From Spirochaetales bacterium (GTDB lineage: Bacteria; Spirochaetota; Spirochaetia; JABEVK01): a stretch of 64,000 nucleotides of DNA. The position numbers and the translations under genes were made by a program. The stretch lies in assembly GCA_037142615.1 (NCBI GenBank), contig JBAXAI010000001.1:160001-224000 (forward strand), in the 5' to 3' direction. The notes under the pieces were generated by a model that was not told where the DNA came from, searched no databases, and saw only the letters and a list, made by a program, of their open reading frames with translations. Below, piece by piece: positions 1 through 10,479 of this stretch. How positions within the stretch are numbered: position 1 is the stretch's first letter; every line of letters starts with the position of its first letter.

Positions 1-450
1 GACGAATGGCAACCCGGCCAATTGGTGGCGGTTGATCCCGGCAATCAGCGCGGGACCCTTCTGCGCCGGGCCGGACGCGACCGCTACGTCGTGGCCATCG
101 GGTCGGTGAACCTCACGGTGAAGTTGACCCAATTGAGGGCCATCCGTCAAACCACCAAGCCCCCGCGCAAAGTGGAGATTTCGACCTCGGGCCTCGGCAC
201 CGGCAGTTCGGCTGTCTTTTCGCTTGACCTGCGCGGGCAACGCCTTTCCGAGGCTGTAGAACGGCTCGAGAAGCAGGTCGACGCCGCTCTCTTGTCGGGC
301 CTGGGCGAGTTCTCGATCATCCATGGACTCGGGGAAGGGGTGCTGCAAAAGGGAGTCCAGGACTATTTGAAGGGGCGTCGTGAAGTTCGCAAGTTCTTTT
401 TTTCGCATCCCGAGGAGGGCGGTTACGGCAAAACCATCGTTCAGCTTTAG
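1..450 (+). CDS. mutS2: Endonuclease MutS2, C-terminal part (KOW-like + Smr domain); 5' end lies outside the window
   Basis: Frame is open from base 1. Smr motifs LDLRGQRLSEA, IIHGLGEGVL and EGGYGKTIV are present. Confidence 0.85.
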   Translation, partial: DEWQPGQLVAVDPGNQRGTLLRRAGRDRYVVAIGSVNLTVKLTQLRAIRQTTKPPRKVEISTSGLGTGSSAVFSLDLRGQRLSEAVERLEKQVDAALLSGLGEFSIIHGLGEGVLQKGVQDYLKGRREVRKFFFSHPEEGGYGKTIVQL

Positions 451-1015
451 CGCTTCAGTTTGGCAGGTCCTACTTCTCGGTGGTTGTCTGTTGCTCTCCG
501 GTTGCCTTGAACTCAAGGTCACCGTCACGTTCAAGACGGGCTCGACGGGTACCGTGGAAATCGAAGGTGTGAAAGATCACCTGTCCGATGGGCTGGACTG
601 GCAGGGGTTGGTCTTTCCCAGCAGCCGCGTCGAGTGGGCGGCCATTGTCGCACAAAGCCCGGGATCCTCGTTCACGAGCTTTGAGGCCGTTGCTGACGAT
701 CTGGGCACCCACACCAAGACCGTGCTCGGGTTCTCCACTTCTCGAGGGCTGGAAAGTCTGTTCGTCAGTTTCAAACAGAAACTGACTTTGCTGCAGGATG
801 CCCAGGGAAAGACGACCCTGACGTATGCTCCGCTGGTCCCGAAGCTTTCGGCTGCTGCCGCCGAAACCCGCAAGTTGTGGATCGACCTGTGGGGCGACAC
901 CCAATGGTCCCTCAAGATTCTGCCTCCCAACAACGCGTCGGCTGCGGTCTATGCGGTTGCACTTCGCGATTTTGCCTCAGAGAAAGCCCCGGCCGAGTGG
1001 AAGCTCAACTGGTGA
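380..1015 (+). CDS. Hypothetical lipoprotein
   Basis: Hydrophobic stretch ends in lipobox LLLSGC. GTG at 380 follows AAGGGG. The start is uncertain because it overlaps the mutS2 end. Confidence 0.6.
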   Translation: MKFASSFFRIPRRAVTAKPSFSFSASVWQVLLLGGCLLLSGCLELKVTVTFKTGSTGTVEIEGVKDHLSDGLDWQGLVFPSSRVEWAAIVAQSPGSSFTSFEAVADDLGTHTKTVLGFSTSRGLESLFVSFKQKLTLLQDAQGKTTLTYAPLVPKLSAAAAETRKLWIDLWGDTQWSLKILPPNNASAAVYAVALRDFASEKAPAEWKLNW

Positions 1016-1041
1016 GCGCCACCGGGGCCTTTTTCCAAAGC

Positions 1042-1070
1042 TTGACCTCCCGGGTTCTTGTGTCTATCGT
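1042..1070 (+). promoter_or_regulatory. Sigma-70-type promoter TTGACC-N17-TATCGT
   Basis: Hexamers at 1042-1047 and 1065-1070, ending 10 nt before ATG 1081. Confidence 0.55.
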
Positions 1071-1080
1071 CAGACTTGCC

Positions 1081-2124
1081 ATGAACGGTTTCCGCTGGTC
1101 CTCGTTAGCAATGCTCCTCGCCTTGGGCGGCTTCGGTTACTCGCAAGTTCCCTCGGAGCCAGCTAGCCTGCCTTCCTGGGTGTTGCTGGGTTTGGGTAAA
1201 CGGTCAGCCGAGCAACACCAGTACGGTGACGCCGTGGTTTCGCTCCGGAAGGCTGTCGACCGGCGCGGACTGTACCCCGAGGCCGAGATCCAGCTGGCCA
1301 CGATTGCGGGCCTCAACGGCAATCCGGCGCTGCAGGAATCTCTGCTCGAAAAGGCGTTGGCCGAATCCGGCCTGCTTCAGGTTCCGGAAGACCGGTATAC
1401 GATTCTATACGCTTTGGCCGACTTGCGACTCAAAACCGAAATCCCCGGCGGCATTCTCAAGGGGGAAAAAGCCCTCGAAACCTGGCGAGAAATTCTGCGC
1501 GACGACACTGTGTACCAAGCCGCTCAGGAATCCGGCGGACTCGAAGGCTATTATCGAGCCCTGCTCGTGCCCAACAGTCCCATTGTCCTCAAGACCTCGA
1601 CCGGTCCCGGCCTGAACGAGAGCTTTGTCGGGCTCAACCGTGTGCTCTACCTGTATAGGCATCCTTTGTCCTTCTCGTTGGTGGCCCATGAAAAGATCGC
1701 CGCGCTTTCGCTGGAAAACCGGGCCTACAAGGCGGCGGCGGCGCAGGCCTTGTTCGCGTTGACGGCCATTTTCAGCACCGTACTCGACGAAGTTCGGGTT
1801 TTTCAGCCCGACTACGTGTTCCGCGATCTGAAAGAACTGTTTGTCGATTCCACCTCGCCTGTTTTTCTGGGGAGGTCCACGTTGGCAGACACTTCGACCC
1901 CAGGCGGTCCCAACCCCGGCTGGTTGGTCCGCTATCAGCCGATCTGGGACTACCTACGCGACTCGGGAACCAAGCAGACCCTCGACACCTTGGCCAAGGC
2001 CCTGGACGGGTTGGCGGCCCAGGAAAAAACCGGCGACCGGGACAAGACTCTGAGGCCCGCGGCCGAAGTGGCGGCCGAAATCCGGCAGTGGCAGAAAATC
2101 CTCTTTTCCCCGGGAGCTCGCTAG
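1081..2124 (+). CDS. Secreted TPR-like hypothetical protein
   Basis: ATG 1081 gives a signal peptide ([21 protein letters not shown]) followed by TPR-like [21 protein letters not shown]. The ORF-track start at 877 overlaps the previous gene. Confidence 0.65.
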   Translation: MNGFRWSSLAMLLALGGFGYSQVPSEPASLPSWVLLGLGKRSAEQHQYGDAVVSLRKAVDRRGLYPEAEIQLATIAGLNGNPALQESLLEKALAESGLLQVPEDRYTILYALADLRLKTEIPGGILKGEKALETWREILRDDTVYQAAQESGGLEGYYRALLVPNSPIVLKTSTGPGLNESFVGLNRVLYLYRHPLSFSLVAHEKIAALSLENRAYKAAAAQALFALTAIFSTVLDEVRVFQPDYVFRDLKELFVDSTSPVFLGRSTLADTSTPGGPNPGWLVRYQPIWDYLRDSGTKQTLDTLAKALDGLAAQEKTGDRDKTLRPAAEVAAEIRQWQKILFSPGAR

Positions 2125-2127
2125 GCC

Positions 2128-4962
2128 ATGGACAAACTGATCATCAAGGGTGCGCGCGAGCACAATCTCAAGAACATCGACTTGGAACTTCCGCGCGACA
2201 AGCTCATTGTCATCTCGGGAAAGAGCGGTTCCGGCAAGTCCTCGCTGGCATTCGACACGATTTTTGCCGAAGGGCAGCGTCGGTACGTCGAGAGCCTTTC
2301 GGCCTACGCGCGCCAGTTCTTGGGACGTCTCGACAAGCCCGACGTCGATTATATCGAAGGCCTTTCGCCGGCAATTTCGATCGAGCAGAAGACGACCCAC
2401 AGAAACCCCCGGTCCACGGTGGGAACCGTCACCGAAATTTACGACTACTACCGCCTGTTCTACGCCCGCATCGGAAAACCCCAATGTCCGGAATGCGGTC
2501 GCCCCATCGAGAAGAAGACCGTCGACCAGATCATCGACGCGGTGGCTTCGCTGGGCGAGGGCGCAAAGCTTACGCTGCTTTCGCCGGTGATCCGGGGCAA
2601 GAAAGGCGAGCACCTCAAGGTGTTGGAAGACGCCAAGCGACTGGGTTATCAGCGGGCCAGGGTCGATGGCGAACTTCGCACCCTCGAAGAAGAGATTCTC
2701 CTCGACAAGAAAAAAAAGCACACCGTCGAAGTCGTCGTCGATCGTCTGGTTTATTCCCCTGAGCAACGCGGACGCCTGGCCGAGGCCGTCGAGGCGGCCC
2801 TTTCGATGTCGGAGGGCCAGGTTCTGGTGCTCGAAAAGACCGAAACCGCCGAAAACGAGCATTTCTACTCCGAAAAAGGCAGTTGCCCGGTCCACACCGA
2901 GGTCGGTTTTCCCGATCTGGAACCCCGGTTGTTCAGTTTCAACAACCCCTTCGGCGCCTGCCCGGCGTGCAGCGGTCTCGGCGTGACGATGGAGTTTTCT
3001 CCCGAGCTGATCATGCCCGACAAGAGGCTGTCGTTCAACGAAGGAGGAATCGTACCGTACAACCCCGAGGCCAACTGGCACCGTTCCTGGTTCGAGGCTC
3101 TGTCGCGCAACTTGAACTTCAGTCTCGATACACCGCTGGAAGATCTTCCCCCATCGGTGCTCGACTCGATGATTCATGGTACCGACAAAGCGATTGACGT
3201 GGTGTACCAAAACACCTCGGGAACGGGAAAGTTCGAGTATACAAGCCAGTTCAAGGGAATCCTCAAGGATCTTCGCCGGCGCTACCACGAGACGACCAGC
3301 GAGGGCATCAAGAGCTGGCTCGAAAAGTTCCAGGTGCAGAAACCCTGTGAAGAGTGCCAGGGGCGCCGTCTGAAAAAAGAGGCCCTTTCGGTGTACGTGG
3401 GCGGTACCAACATCCACGACCTGAGCCAGATGACCGTTGCAGACACGATTTCGTTCTTGAAGGGGCTCAAGCTGAACGTCAATGAAACCAAGATCGTTGA
3501 CCAGGTGTTCAAGGAGATCCAAGCCCGTTTAGGTTTCCTCGCCAGTGTCGGCTTGGACTATCTCAGCCTCGAGCGCAAGGCCGGCACCCTTTCCGGAGGC
3601 GAAGCGCAGCGCATCCGGCTCGCCACCCAAATCGGGAGCCAGTTGGTCGGCGTGCTCTACATTCTTGACGAACCGACGATCGGCCTTCACCAGCGCGACA
3701 ACGAACGTCTGATCGACACCCTCAAGCACCTGCGTGATATCGGCAACACTCTGATCGTGGTTGAGCACGACGAGCAGACCATCCGCACAGCCGACTACGT
3801 CGTCGACCTGGGGCCGGGGAGCGGAATCCACGGCGGTTACATCATTGCCCAGGGTACGGTGGCTGAAATCCTTGCTAACCCTAACTCCATCACAGGTCAG
3901 TATTTGACTGGGGCAATCCAGATTGAAGACCGTGATGAGCGGCGCTCTGGAACCGGTCAGTGGCTCGAGCTTGAGGGTGCCACCGAGCACAACCTCAAAG
4001 GCATCAACGTCAAGTTTCCGGTAGGAACACTCAGCGTGATCACGGGGGTTTCGGGGTCGGGTAAGTCCACCCTGATGAGCGATATCCTGTACCCTGCGCT
4101 GGTCAACAACCTGACCCGCGAGTCGCCGATCCCGGTCGGTGCCCACACCAAGCTCAAGGGCATCATGAACTTCGACAAGGTCATTTCGATCGACCAGAGC
4201 GCTATCGGTCGCACCCCGCGGTCTAACCCGGCCACCTACATCGGTGTGTTCGGCGCCATCCGTGACCTCTACGCCACCCTGCCTGAATCCAAGGCGCGCG
4301 GGTACAAACCGGGCCGCTTCAGTTTCAACGTCAAGGGTGGCCGCTGCGAAAACTGCGAGGGCGACGGCTCGATACAAATCGAAATGCACTTCTTGCCCGA
4401 CGTTTACGTAACCTGCGACGTCTGCCATGGAAAACGCTTCAACCGCGAGACTCTGGAGGTTCGCTACAAAGGCAGGAACATCCACGAAGTGCTCGAAATG
4501 CCTGTCGACGAGGCGGCCGACTTTTTTACCGGGATCACGCCGATCGCCCATAAACTCCGGACCCTGCAGTCCGTCGGCCTCGGTTACATCAAGCTCGGCC
4601 AGTCGGCGCTGACGCTGTCCGGAGGCGAGGCCCAGCGGGTCAAGCTTTCGCTCGAGCTTTCCAAGCGGAGCACGGGCAAAACGGTGTACGTGATCGACGA
4701 GCCGACCACCGGTCTGCACTTCGCCGACGTCAAGCAGCTCATCGAAGTGCTCCAGAGATTGGTTGACCTTGGCAACACCGTCATCCTCATTGAGCACAAC
4801 CTCGACGTGATCAAACAGTCGGACTGGATCGTGGATCTGGGCCCCGAGGGCGGCGCTCGCGGCGGCCAGGTGATGGTGATGGGCACCCCGGAAGACGTAG
4901 CCGCGCACCAAAGCTCGCACACCGGGCGCTTCCTGAGGGAACTGCTCAAGACTCGGTCCTGA
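2128..4962 (+). CDS. uvrA: Excinuclease ABC subunit A
   Basis: [10 protein letters not shown], two Walker A motifs ([18 protein letters not shown]), two LSGGEAQR signatures and zinc fingers. Confidence 0.99.
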   Translation: MDKLIIKGAREHNLKNIDLELPRDKLIVISGKSGSGKSSLAFDTIFAEGQRRYVESLSAYARQFLGRLDKPDVDYIEGLSPAISIEQKTTHRNPRSTVGTVTEIYDYYRLFYARIGKPQCPECGRPIEKKTVDQIIDAVASLGEGAKLTLLSPVIRGKKGEHLKVLEDAKRLGYQRARVDGELRTLEEEILLDKKKKHTVEVVVDRLVYSPEQRGRLAEAVEAALSMSEGQVLVLEKTETAENEHFYSEKGSCPVHTEVGFPDLEPRLFSFNNPFGACPACSGLGVTMEFSPELIMPDKRLSFNEGGIVPYNPEANWHRSWFEALSRNLNFSLDTPLEDLPPSVLDSMIHGTDKAIDVVYQNTSGTGKFEYTSQFKGILKDLRRRYHETTSEGIKSWLEKFQVQKPCEECQGRRLKKEALSVYVGGTNIHDLSQMTVADTISFLKGLKLNVNETKIVDQVFKEIQARLGFLASVGLDYLSLERKAGTLSGGEAQRIRLATQIGSQLVGVLYILDEPTIGLHQRDNERLIDTLKHLRDIGNTLIVVEHDEQTIRTADYVVDLGPGSGIHGGYIIAQGTVAEILANPNSITGQYLTGAIQIEDRDERRSGTGQWLELEGATEHNLKGINVKFPVGTLSVITGVSGSGKSTLMSDILYPALVNNLTRESPIPVGAHTKLKGIMNFDKVISIDQSAIGRTPRSNPATYIGVFGAIRDLYATLPESKARGYKPGRFSFNVKGGRCENCEGDGSIQIEMHFLPDVYVTCDVCHGKRFNRETLEVRYKGRNIHEVLEMPVDEAADFFTGITPIAHKLRTLQSVGLGYIKLGQSALTLSGGEAQRVKLSLELSKRSTGKTVYVIDEPTTGLHFADVKQLIEVLQRLVDLGNTVILIEHNLDVIKQSDWIVDLGPEGGARGGQVMVMGTPEDVAAHQSSHTGRFLRELLKTRS

Positions 4963-4969
4963 GCGCACC

Positions 4970-7900
4970 GTGGCCAAGCGACCGCTTCTGCTGGCGTGTC
5001 TTCTTCTCATCTTCGGGGTGCCTCTGTCGGGGCAGGCTGACGACCCTGGCGGCGAAGATCCCCAGGTGCTGGAACTCCGGACGTCGGGCTATTATGAATT
5101 GGTCGCGCGGGCTCGAGCCTTGGGCCTGCCCGAAACCGGCGGGGTGAGCGAGCTGCGGCAAAGCATCGCGACCAAACTTGGCTTGGTCCTCCCTTCTGTC
5201 GAAAAGAACGCGGGCAAAACCCTCACCATCGACTCGGCCCAGGAGGCGGGCGTGATGAACGTCGATGTGACCGGGGGTGGCAAGCTCATTCACCTCAGCG
5301 GAGATCTCCAGGTGACTCTGGAAGACCTCGACAAGAAGGTGACCCACATCATCGAGGCCGACGAGCTGTGGTATGACCAGGATTCTGGAGAGATGACCGC
5401 CCGCGGCAACGTCAAATACACCATGATCCGCGAGAGCTCGCGGGAAACCTTTCGAGGTGAGAGCCTGACCTTTCGCCTGTCCGATGCCCAGGGAGTCTTC
5501 TATGGCGGGAGTTCCGACCGTTCCCGCAGCGTGGCCGACCAGAATCTGGTCTTTCGTTACCAGGGTGACGCCATTCGGCGCTCCGCCGGTGATGTGGTTG
5601 TTCTCGACTCGGGAACGATCACTTCGAGCCTTGGCGAGGACCCGTACTACCACGTTCAGGCCCGCAAGATCTGGGTACTCCGTCCCGGCGAGTGGGGCCT
5701 TCAAGACGCGGTGCTGTACCTCGGGCACATCCCTGTCTTCTGGTTTCCGTTCTATTTCCAGCCCAGCGACGAAATGGTGTTCAACCCGGTTTTGACGTTT
5801 TCGGACGCAACCGGTCGCCGCGGAACTTCACTGCAGACAACGACCTATGTCTTTGGGCAAAAGAAGAAGGACGCGGCGCCGCTGAGCTTCCTCCAGGTCG
5901 ACGACTCTTCCACCGTCGATAAGGGGAAAGTCCTGCGCGGCTTGTACTTGACCCGAGGCAAGCCTGCCGCGACCACCGTTCCCTCTTCCTGGTCGCTCAA
6001 AGTGTTGGCAGACTTCTACTCCCGGCTCGGCATGCTGGTCGGGGTCGATGCCAATCTTCCCGGTTTGGGGTCGCTAAAGACTTTCCAAGTCACCATGGGA
6101 ATGGGAATTACCAGGAACGTCACCTCCGACGGAGCCACTTATTCGGCGAGCCCTTTTGATTCGCTTTTAGCTCCTGGCGAGCAGTCGCACTGGAACAGCA
6201 GCGCCGTTCTCGGCGTGACGGTGCCGTTTCGGTGGGGAGGGACGCTGGAACTTTCAGACTCCTGGTGGAACCTCAGCGGACAGTTCGACTCCGACCCCGT
6301 TTTCTGGGGTGACCTGACTTCGGGTCGTTCAGAAAACTTCAGCATGCTCGCCCTGCTGGGTCTTGGGCCGGCGACAAAGACGGCGGCCCGGTCCAACCTG
6401 GGGAGTTTGGTCTGGAAGATGAGTGCTACACTTCCGTCAACCCTTCCGGGACTGCAAGCGAGTGCCCAAGGAACTTGGAACTGGGATGTAAAGAAATCCG
6501 TCCCCGCAAAACTCGCCGAAGATCCTCAGTCGTCGTTCTTTGTGCCGGGCCAGCTCTTTCTCCCCAGCCTGAGCCTTCAGTGGGGCGGTGACCTGCTCAA
6601 GGTGGAGGCGACCAAGGTTTCCCTCGCAGAAAGCCAACTTCCCGACCTGCTTCCCCTCAGTCCAAGCCCGCAGTCCCCCGAAAGCGTGGCTGAGGCTGCG
6701 CCGCCGGGTGCGTCGAGTGACCTTCCCGAACTGCTGAGCTCAGCGCTCCTTGCCTCGCTGACGGTTCCTGGGGCCCCCGCTACTTGGACCCAGTCGCTCA
6801 CCTGGAACGTCAACCCGCTGTTCCGTCTCGACACGCGCTTTGACAACAGTCGGGTTCTGCAAGCCCAGGATTCCAACAGCGAGATTCAGAGTTCCCGCTG
6901 GACTGGCTCTTGGGACGGGCGAATGGCCTACAACGGGAGCTTGAGCAACTCAGGTTTCACCGTGGGCAGTACGGTCTCCCTGCATCAGCAGATGCAGCAG
7001 GCCTGGTATCTTTCGCCTTCGACGGCACCGGCCCAAAAGACGGCTTCCGACCTCCAAGATTCCCAGCAGACCAACAGTCTGGCTCAAGCGACGATCACGG
7101 CGGCCTGGAAGCCCCTGGGCGGGTTACACGCCTGGCAAGACTCTTCGTTGGGCTACACACTGGGCACGCGTCTGTGGGAAAACAAGGATGGAAAGGACTC
7201 GTTCTTCGACCTTTCTACGGCGTCTATCCTCGCGAATCAGTTTACCGCCCAGGCCAACTGGCAGGCCCTCGACACCCTCAAGTTGGGTTTTAGCTGGCGC
7301 AACGTTCTTCCTCCGCAGACCACCAACTTGTCGGGAGGGGCTTCACTTGACTACCAGATTCCTCTGGGGCACCTGACAACGAGGACCCAATGGAAAAATA
7401 CCGGGGCCGACTGGAAGTCCGATCCTTGGGAATCGAGTCTTGAGGTGACACCGCTTGAGGGCCTTACTTTCAAAGAGTCGTTCGTGTACGACCTGGTGAA
7501 GTACCAACCGCAGAGTTCAACAACTCAGGTGACTTGGGCCGGACTGGCGCTTCAATATCGGCAACTGCAGACCCTCGGGTACCACTTTGACCCCGTCACC
7601 CGACGCTGGGTCGCTACAGGAGTCACCGATTTTCTGCCCCAGGAACTCAACACGACCTACAGCCTCACCGTGCCTCTGCAGCAGAGCTGGGAAAACCGCC
7701 AGTCGGTTTCGGGCAACTTCAGCTTTTCGTGGCCGATCAACCTTCAGCAGATTTCTCAGATGCCGGTGAGTTTCAACTATGGCCTGCAGTACAAACTCTA
7801 CCGGTTTGTCGATTTGCAGATCAGCCAGAGCGTTGTCAACCGAACCGTGTTCCTCTACTTCCCTTGGCTCATCGACTCGTTGGGGGTGAGCAACATCCAG

Positions 7901-8194
7901 TCGGTTAACTTCCTCACCGACGTCTGGGACTCCCTGTCGTTCTGGGACGACGTGGCCCGGCATCGGGCCGGGTTCAAGATGAGCTCGCTGAGTGTTTCGC
8001 TGGTCCACTACCTGGAAGACTGGCAGCTCAAGATCGCCTACTCCGGATCACCGCAGTTGGCCGGTACCAAGCCGCAGTTTCAATGGACAGGCACGCTGAG
8101 CGTGACCGCTCAGTGGCTCCCCGTCCCCGAGCTCAAGACTCAGCTTCAGTGGGACAAAGACGGAAAGCTCTCCATTCCCCGCAATTCGCCCTGA
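4970..8194 (+). CDS. lptD: LptD-like outer-membrane assembly protein (spirochete type)
   Basis: Signal peptide, OstA-like N-region (IIEADELWYDQDSGEMTARGNV, PYYHVQARKIWV, LYLGHIPVFWFPFY) and a beta-rich C-region. The uvrA-lptD order also occurs in Treponema (recall). Confidence 0.75.
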   Translation: MAKRPLLLACLLLIFGVPLSGQADDPGGEDPQVLELRTSGYYELVARARALGLPETGGVSELRQSIATKLGLVLPSVEKNAGKTLTIDSAQEAGVMNVDVTGGGKLIHLSGDLQVTLEDLDKKVTHIIEADELWYDQDSGEMTARGNVKYTMIRESSRETFRGESLTFRLSDAQGVFYGGSSDRSRSVADQNLVFRYQGDAIRRSAGDVVVLDSGTITSSLGEDPYYHVQARKIWVLRPGEWGLQDAVLYLGHIPVFWFPFYFQPSDEMVFNPVLTFSDATGRRGTSLQTTTYVFGQKKKDAAPLSFLQVDDSSTVDKGKVLRGLYLTRGKPAATTVPSSWSLKVLADFYSRLGMLVGVDANLPGLGSLKTFQVTMGMGITRNVTSDGATYSASPFDSLLAPGEQSHWNSSAVLGVTVPFRWGGTLELSDSWWNLSGQFDSDPVFWGDLTSGRSENFSMLALLGLGPATKTAARSNLGSLVWKMSATLPSTLPGLQASAQGTWNWDVKKSVPAKLAEDPQSSFFVPGQLFLPSLSLQWGGDLLKVEATKVSLAESQLPDLLPLSPSPQSPESVAEAAPPGASSDLPELLSSALLASLTVPGAPATWTQSLTWNVNPLFRLDTRFDNSRVLQAQDSNSEIQSSRWTGSWDGRMAYNGSLSNSGFTVGSTVSLHQQMQQAWYLSPSTAPAQKTASDLQDSQQTNSLAQATITAAWKPLGGLHAWQDSSLGYTLGTRLWENKDGKDSFFDLSTASILANQFTAQANWQALDTLKLGFSWRNVLPPQTTNLSGGASLDYQIPLGHLTTRTQWKNTGADWKSDPWESSLEVTPLEGLTFKESFVYDLVKYQPQSSTTQVTWAGLALQYRQLQTLGYHFDPVTRRWVATGVTDFLPQELNTTYSLTVPLQQSWENRQSVSGNFSFSWPINLQQISQMPVSFNYGLQYKLYRFVDLQISQSVVNRTVFLYFPWLIDSLGVSNIQSVNFLTDVWDSLSFWDDVARHRAGFKMSSLSVSLVHYLEDWQLKIAYSGSPQLAGTKPQFQWTGTLSVTAQWLPVPELKTQLQWDKDGKLSIPRNSP

Positions 8195-8203
8195 CACCAG
8201 TTC

Positions 8204-8232
8204 TTGACCGAGACCGGGGGTGCGACTAGACT
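8204..8232 (+). promoter_or_regulatory. Sigma-70-type promoter TTGACC-N17-TAGACT
   Basis: Hexamers at 8204-8209 and 8227-8232, upstream of phoH. Confidence 0.65.
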
Positions 8233-8253
8233 CTGGACTTCAAGGGGGATGGC

Positions 8254-9213
8254 CTGACCGCTACAACGAAGTTCGTCATCGACGACGAAGATTTTCTCGG
8301 GCAGTTGTGCACAGCGGGCAATCAGAACCTGCTGGAACTGGAAGTTGTGCTCGGTTCACCCGTTTTCTCACTTGGCAATGAAGTGCATTTACGTACCGAG
8401 GACGAACCCGTCAAAGAGCGCTTCGACCTCCTGCTGCGTACCCTCCAGAAGCATCACAACCTAGGGCATACCGTCAGCCCGGACCTGATCCAGTCGCTGT
8501 CAGAGACCCTCAGCGGCGACGACCCGACGAGGTTGCAGACCTTTCAAGACTCGGCCGTGCTGATCCCCGGCGGGTTGGTCAAGGTGTTTCCCCGGGGCTG
8601 GCACCAGGCCCGCTACATCGATGCGATCCGACGCTCCGACGTCACGTTCGGCATCGGCCCCGCCGGCACTGGAAAAACTTACCTCGCCATTGCTCAGGCG
8701 CTCCTCGAGGTGCTCACGAAGAAGCGCCGCAAGCTCGTGCTGACCAGACCGGTGGTCGAAGCCGGTGAGAATCTCGGATTTCTTCCCGGTGACTTGTCCC
8801 AGAAAATCAGCCCGTACCTTCGGCCACTCTACGACGCCATGGAAGACTTGGTTCCAGCCGAGATTCTCAATCGCCTGGAGGAGAACCGCGTCATCGAGAT
8901 TGCCCCCCTGGCCTACATGCGTGGTCGCAGCCTCAAGAACTGCTTCGTCATCCTCGACGAGGCGCAAAACACGACGCGAACACAGATGAAGATGTTCCTC
9001 ACCAGGCTCGGCGAGGGGGCCAAGGCCGTCATCACCGGCGACCTGACGCAGGTCGATCTGCCCCGGGCTCAGGAATCCGGACTGTTGCACGCCCGCCGTA
9101 TTCTGGAAGGCATGCCTGAGGTCCAATTTGTCGAGTTCGAAAAGAAGGACGTGGTCCGAAGCACCCTCGTCCGCCGCATCATCGAGGCCTACGAGACCCA
9201 TGAAGGTTCCTGA
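8254..9213 (+). CDS. phoH: PhoH family ATPase (probable CTG start)
   Basis: GPAGTGKTYLA, LTRPVVEAGENLGFLPG, IAPLAYMRGRS and ILDEAQN. In-frame CTG 8254 lies 5 nt after AAGGGGG; the alternative start is TTG 8305. Confidence 0.93.
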   Translation: MTATTKFVIDDEDFLGQLCTAGNQNLLELEVVLGSPVFSLGNEVHLRTEDEPVKERFDLLLRTLQKHHNLGHTVSPDLIQSLSETLSGDDPTRLQTFQDSAVLIPGGLVKVFPRGWHQARYIDAIRRSDVTFGIGPAGTGKTYLAIAQALLEVLTKKRRKLVLTRPVVEAGENLGFLPGDLSQKISPYLRPLYDAMEDLVPAEILNRLEENRVIEIAPLAYMRGRSLKNCFVILDEAQNTTRTQMKMFLTRLGEGAKAVITGDLTQVDLPRAQESGLLHARRILEGMPEVQFVEFEKKDVVRSTLVRRIIEAYETHEGS

Positions 9214-9676
9214 ACTCGAAGTGTTTCTCGACGGTGTCGAAGCTCCCTGGATCGAGGCCTACCACCAGTTTCTTCTCCAGGCTCTGGAAGCCGTTGGAGC
9301 TCGCGACCACGAAGTTTCGGTGACACTTTGCACCGACCCGGTCATCCGAGCGCTCAATCGTCAATGGCGGGGAAAAGACGAGGCCACCGACGTGCTCAGT
9401 TTCGAGGCCGATCCCGAAGTCGACCCGTTGGCATTGTCACCGGAGTCCCGGGCACCGCGGAGCCAAGGATGCTATGGCGACCTGGTGATCAGCATGGACA
9501 CATTGCACGCCAACAGTGCATACTTCTCGGTGAATTGGGAAGAAGAGCTCAAGCGGGTCTCCGTGCATGGCTTTCTCCATCTCATGGGCTGGGACCATGC
9601 TTCCAACGAGGAGTCCGAGCCAATGTTGCGACTTCAGGAGCGGCTCCTGCTCGATTTCAAGGAACGGAAATTTTGA
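9200..9676 (+). CDS. ybeY: rRNA maturation endoribonuclease YbeY
   Basis: LNRQWRGKDEATDVLSF and the HGFLHLMGWDH zinc motif. ATG 9200 overlaps the phoH end. Confidence 0.95.
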   Translation: MKVPELEVFLDGVEAPWIEAYHQFLLQALEAVGARDHEVSVTLCTDPVIRALNRQWRGKDEATDVLSFEADPEVDPLALSPESRAPRSQGCYGDLVISMDTLHANSAYFSVNWEEELKRVSVHGFLHLMGWDHASNEESEPMLRLQERLLLDFKERKF

Positions 9677-10479
9677 AGAACAAGAACCTGTTCAGCCGGT
9701 TTTTCGGGTTGGGTCGCCGCGGGCCCGCCGAGCCTCAACTGGACGAGCTCAACAGCGAAGAAAAAGAGATGATCCAGGGGGTCGTCGAACTCGGCGATAC
9801 CACGGTCAAGGAAGTTATCGTTCCCCGGATCGATGTGATTTTTCTCAACGAAGAAATTGCGTTCCCGGAAATGATGGAACGGATCACTGAGAGCGGTCAT
9901 TCCCGGTTTCCCGTGTACCGCGACACCATCGATAACGTGGTCGGCATCCTGTACGTCAAGGACCTTCTCCGTCATTTGGCCAAGAACGCGATGCAGATTC
10001 CTTCCACGATGCACTTGGGAACGCTCGTGCGCAAACCCTACTTTGTGCCCGAGAGCAAGAAGCTCGACAGTCTTCTCAAAGAGTTCAAGCGCCGCCGTGT
10101 GCACATCGCCGTCGCTGTTGATGAATATGGTGGTGTGTCGGGTATCGTGTGCATGGAAGACATCATCGAAGAGATCGTCGGTGACATCCAGGACGAGTTT
10201 GACACCTCGGTAGAAGACATTCTGGAAATCGGCGACAAGACCTACCTCTGCGACGCGCGGGTTTCCATCCTCGACCTCAACGAGGTGCTCGGAACCAGCC
10301 TGCCCAACGACGACTTTGATACCCTTGGCGGCTTTGTGTTCGATCTTTTCGGCAAGATCCCGGTCCGGTACGAGAAAGTGAGTTTCCAAGGGGCCGATTT
10401 TATTGTTCAGAACATGGACGGCTACAAGATCCGGACGGTGAAGATCCAGTTCAGTTCCTCACCGGAGGCCCACGAATGA
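9673..10479 (+). CDS. corC: CBS-pair/CorC-HlyC protein (Mg/Co efflux, TlyC-like)
   Basis: SGHSRFPVY, VGILYVKDLL, VDEYGGVSGIVCMEDIIEEIVGDIQDE and FDTLGGFV. TTG start overlaps the ybeY stop (TTGA). Confidence 0.9.
   Translation: MKNKNLFSRFFGLGRRGPAEPQLDELNSEEKEMIQGVVELGDTTVKEVIVPRIDVIFLNEEIAFPEMMERITESGHSRFPVYRDTIDNVVGILYVKDLLRHLAKNAMQIPSTMHLGTLVRKPYFVPESKKLDSLLKEFKRRRVHIAVAVDEYGGVSGIVCMEDIIEEIVGDIQDEFDTSVEDILEIGDKTYLCDARVSILDLNEVLGTSLPNDDFDTLGGFVFDLFGKIPVRYEKVSFQGADFIVQNMDGYKIRTVKIQFSSSPEAHE

Noticed and set aside
1954-5010. Long antisense ORFs (522 and 493 aa) opposite uvrA
   Set aside because: Shadow ORFs produced by strong codon bias in a high-GC gene; no recognisable motifs.
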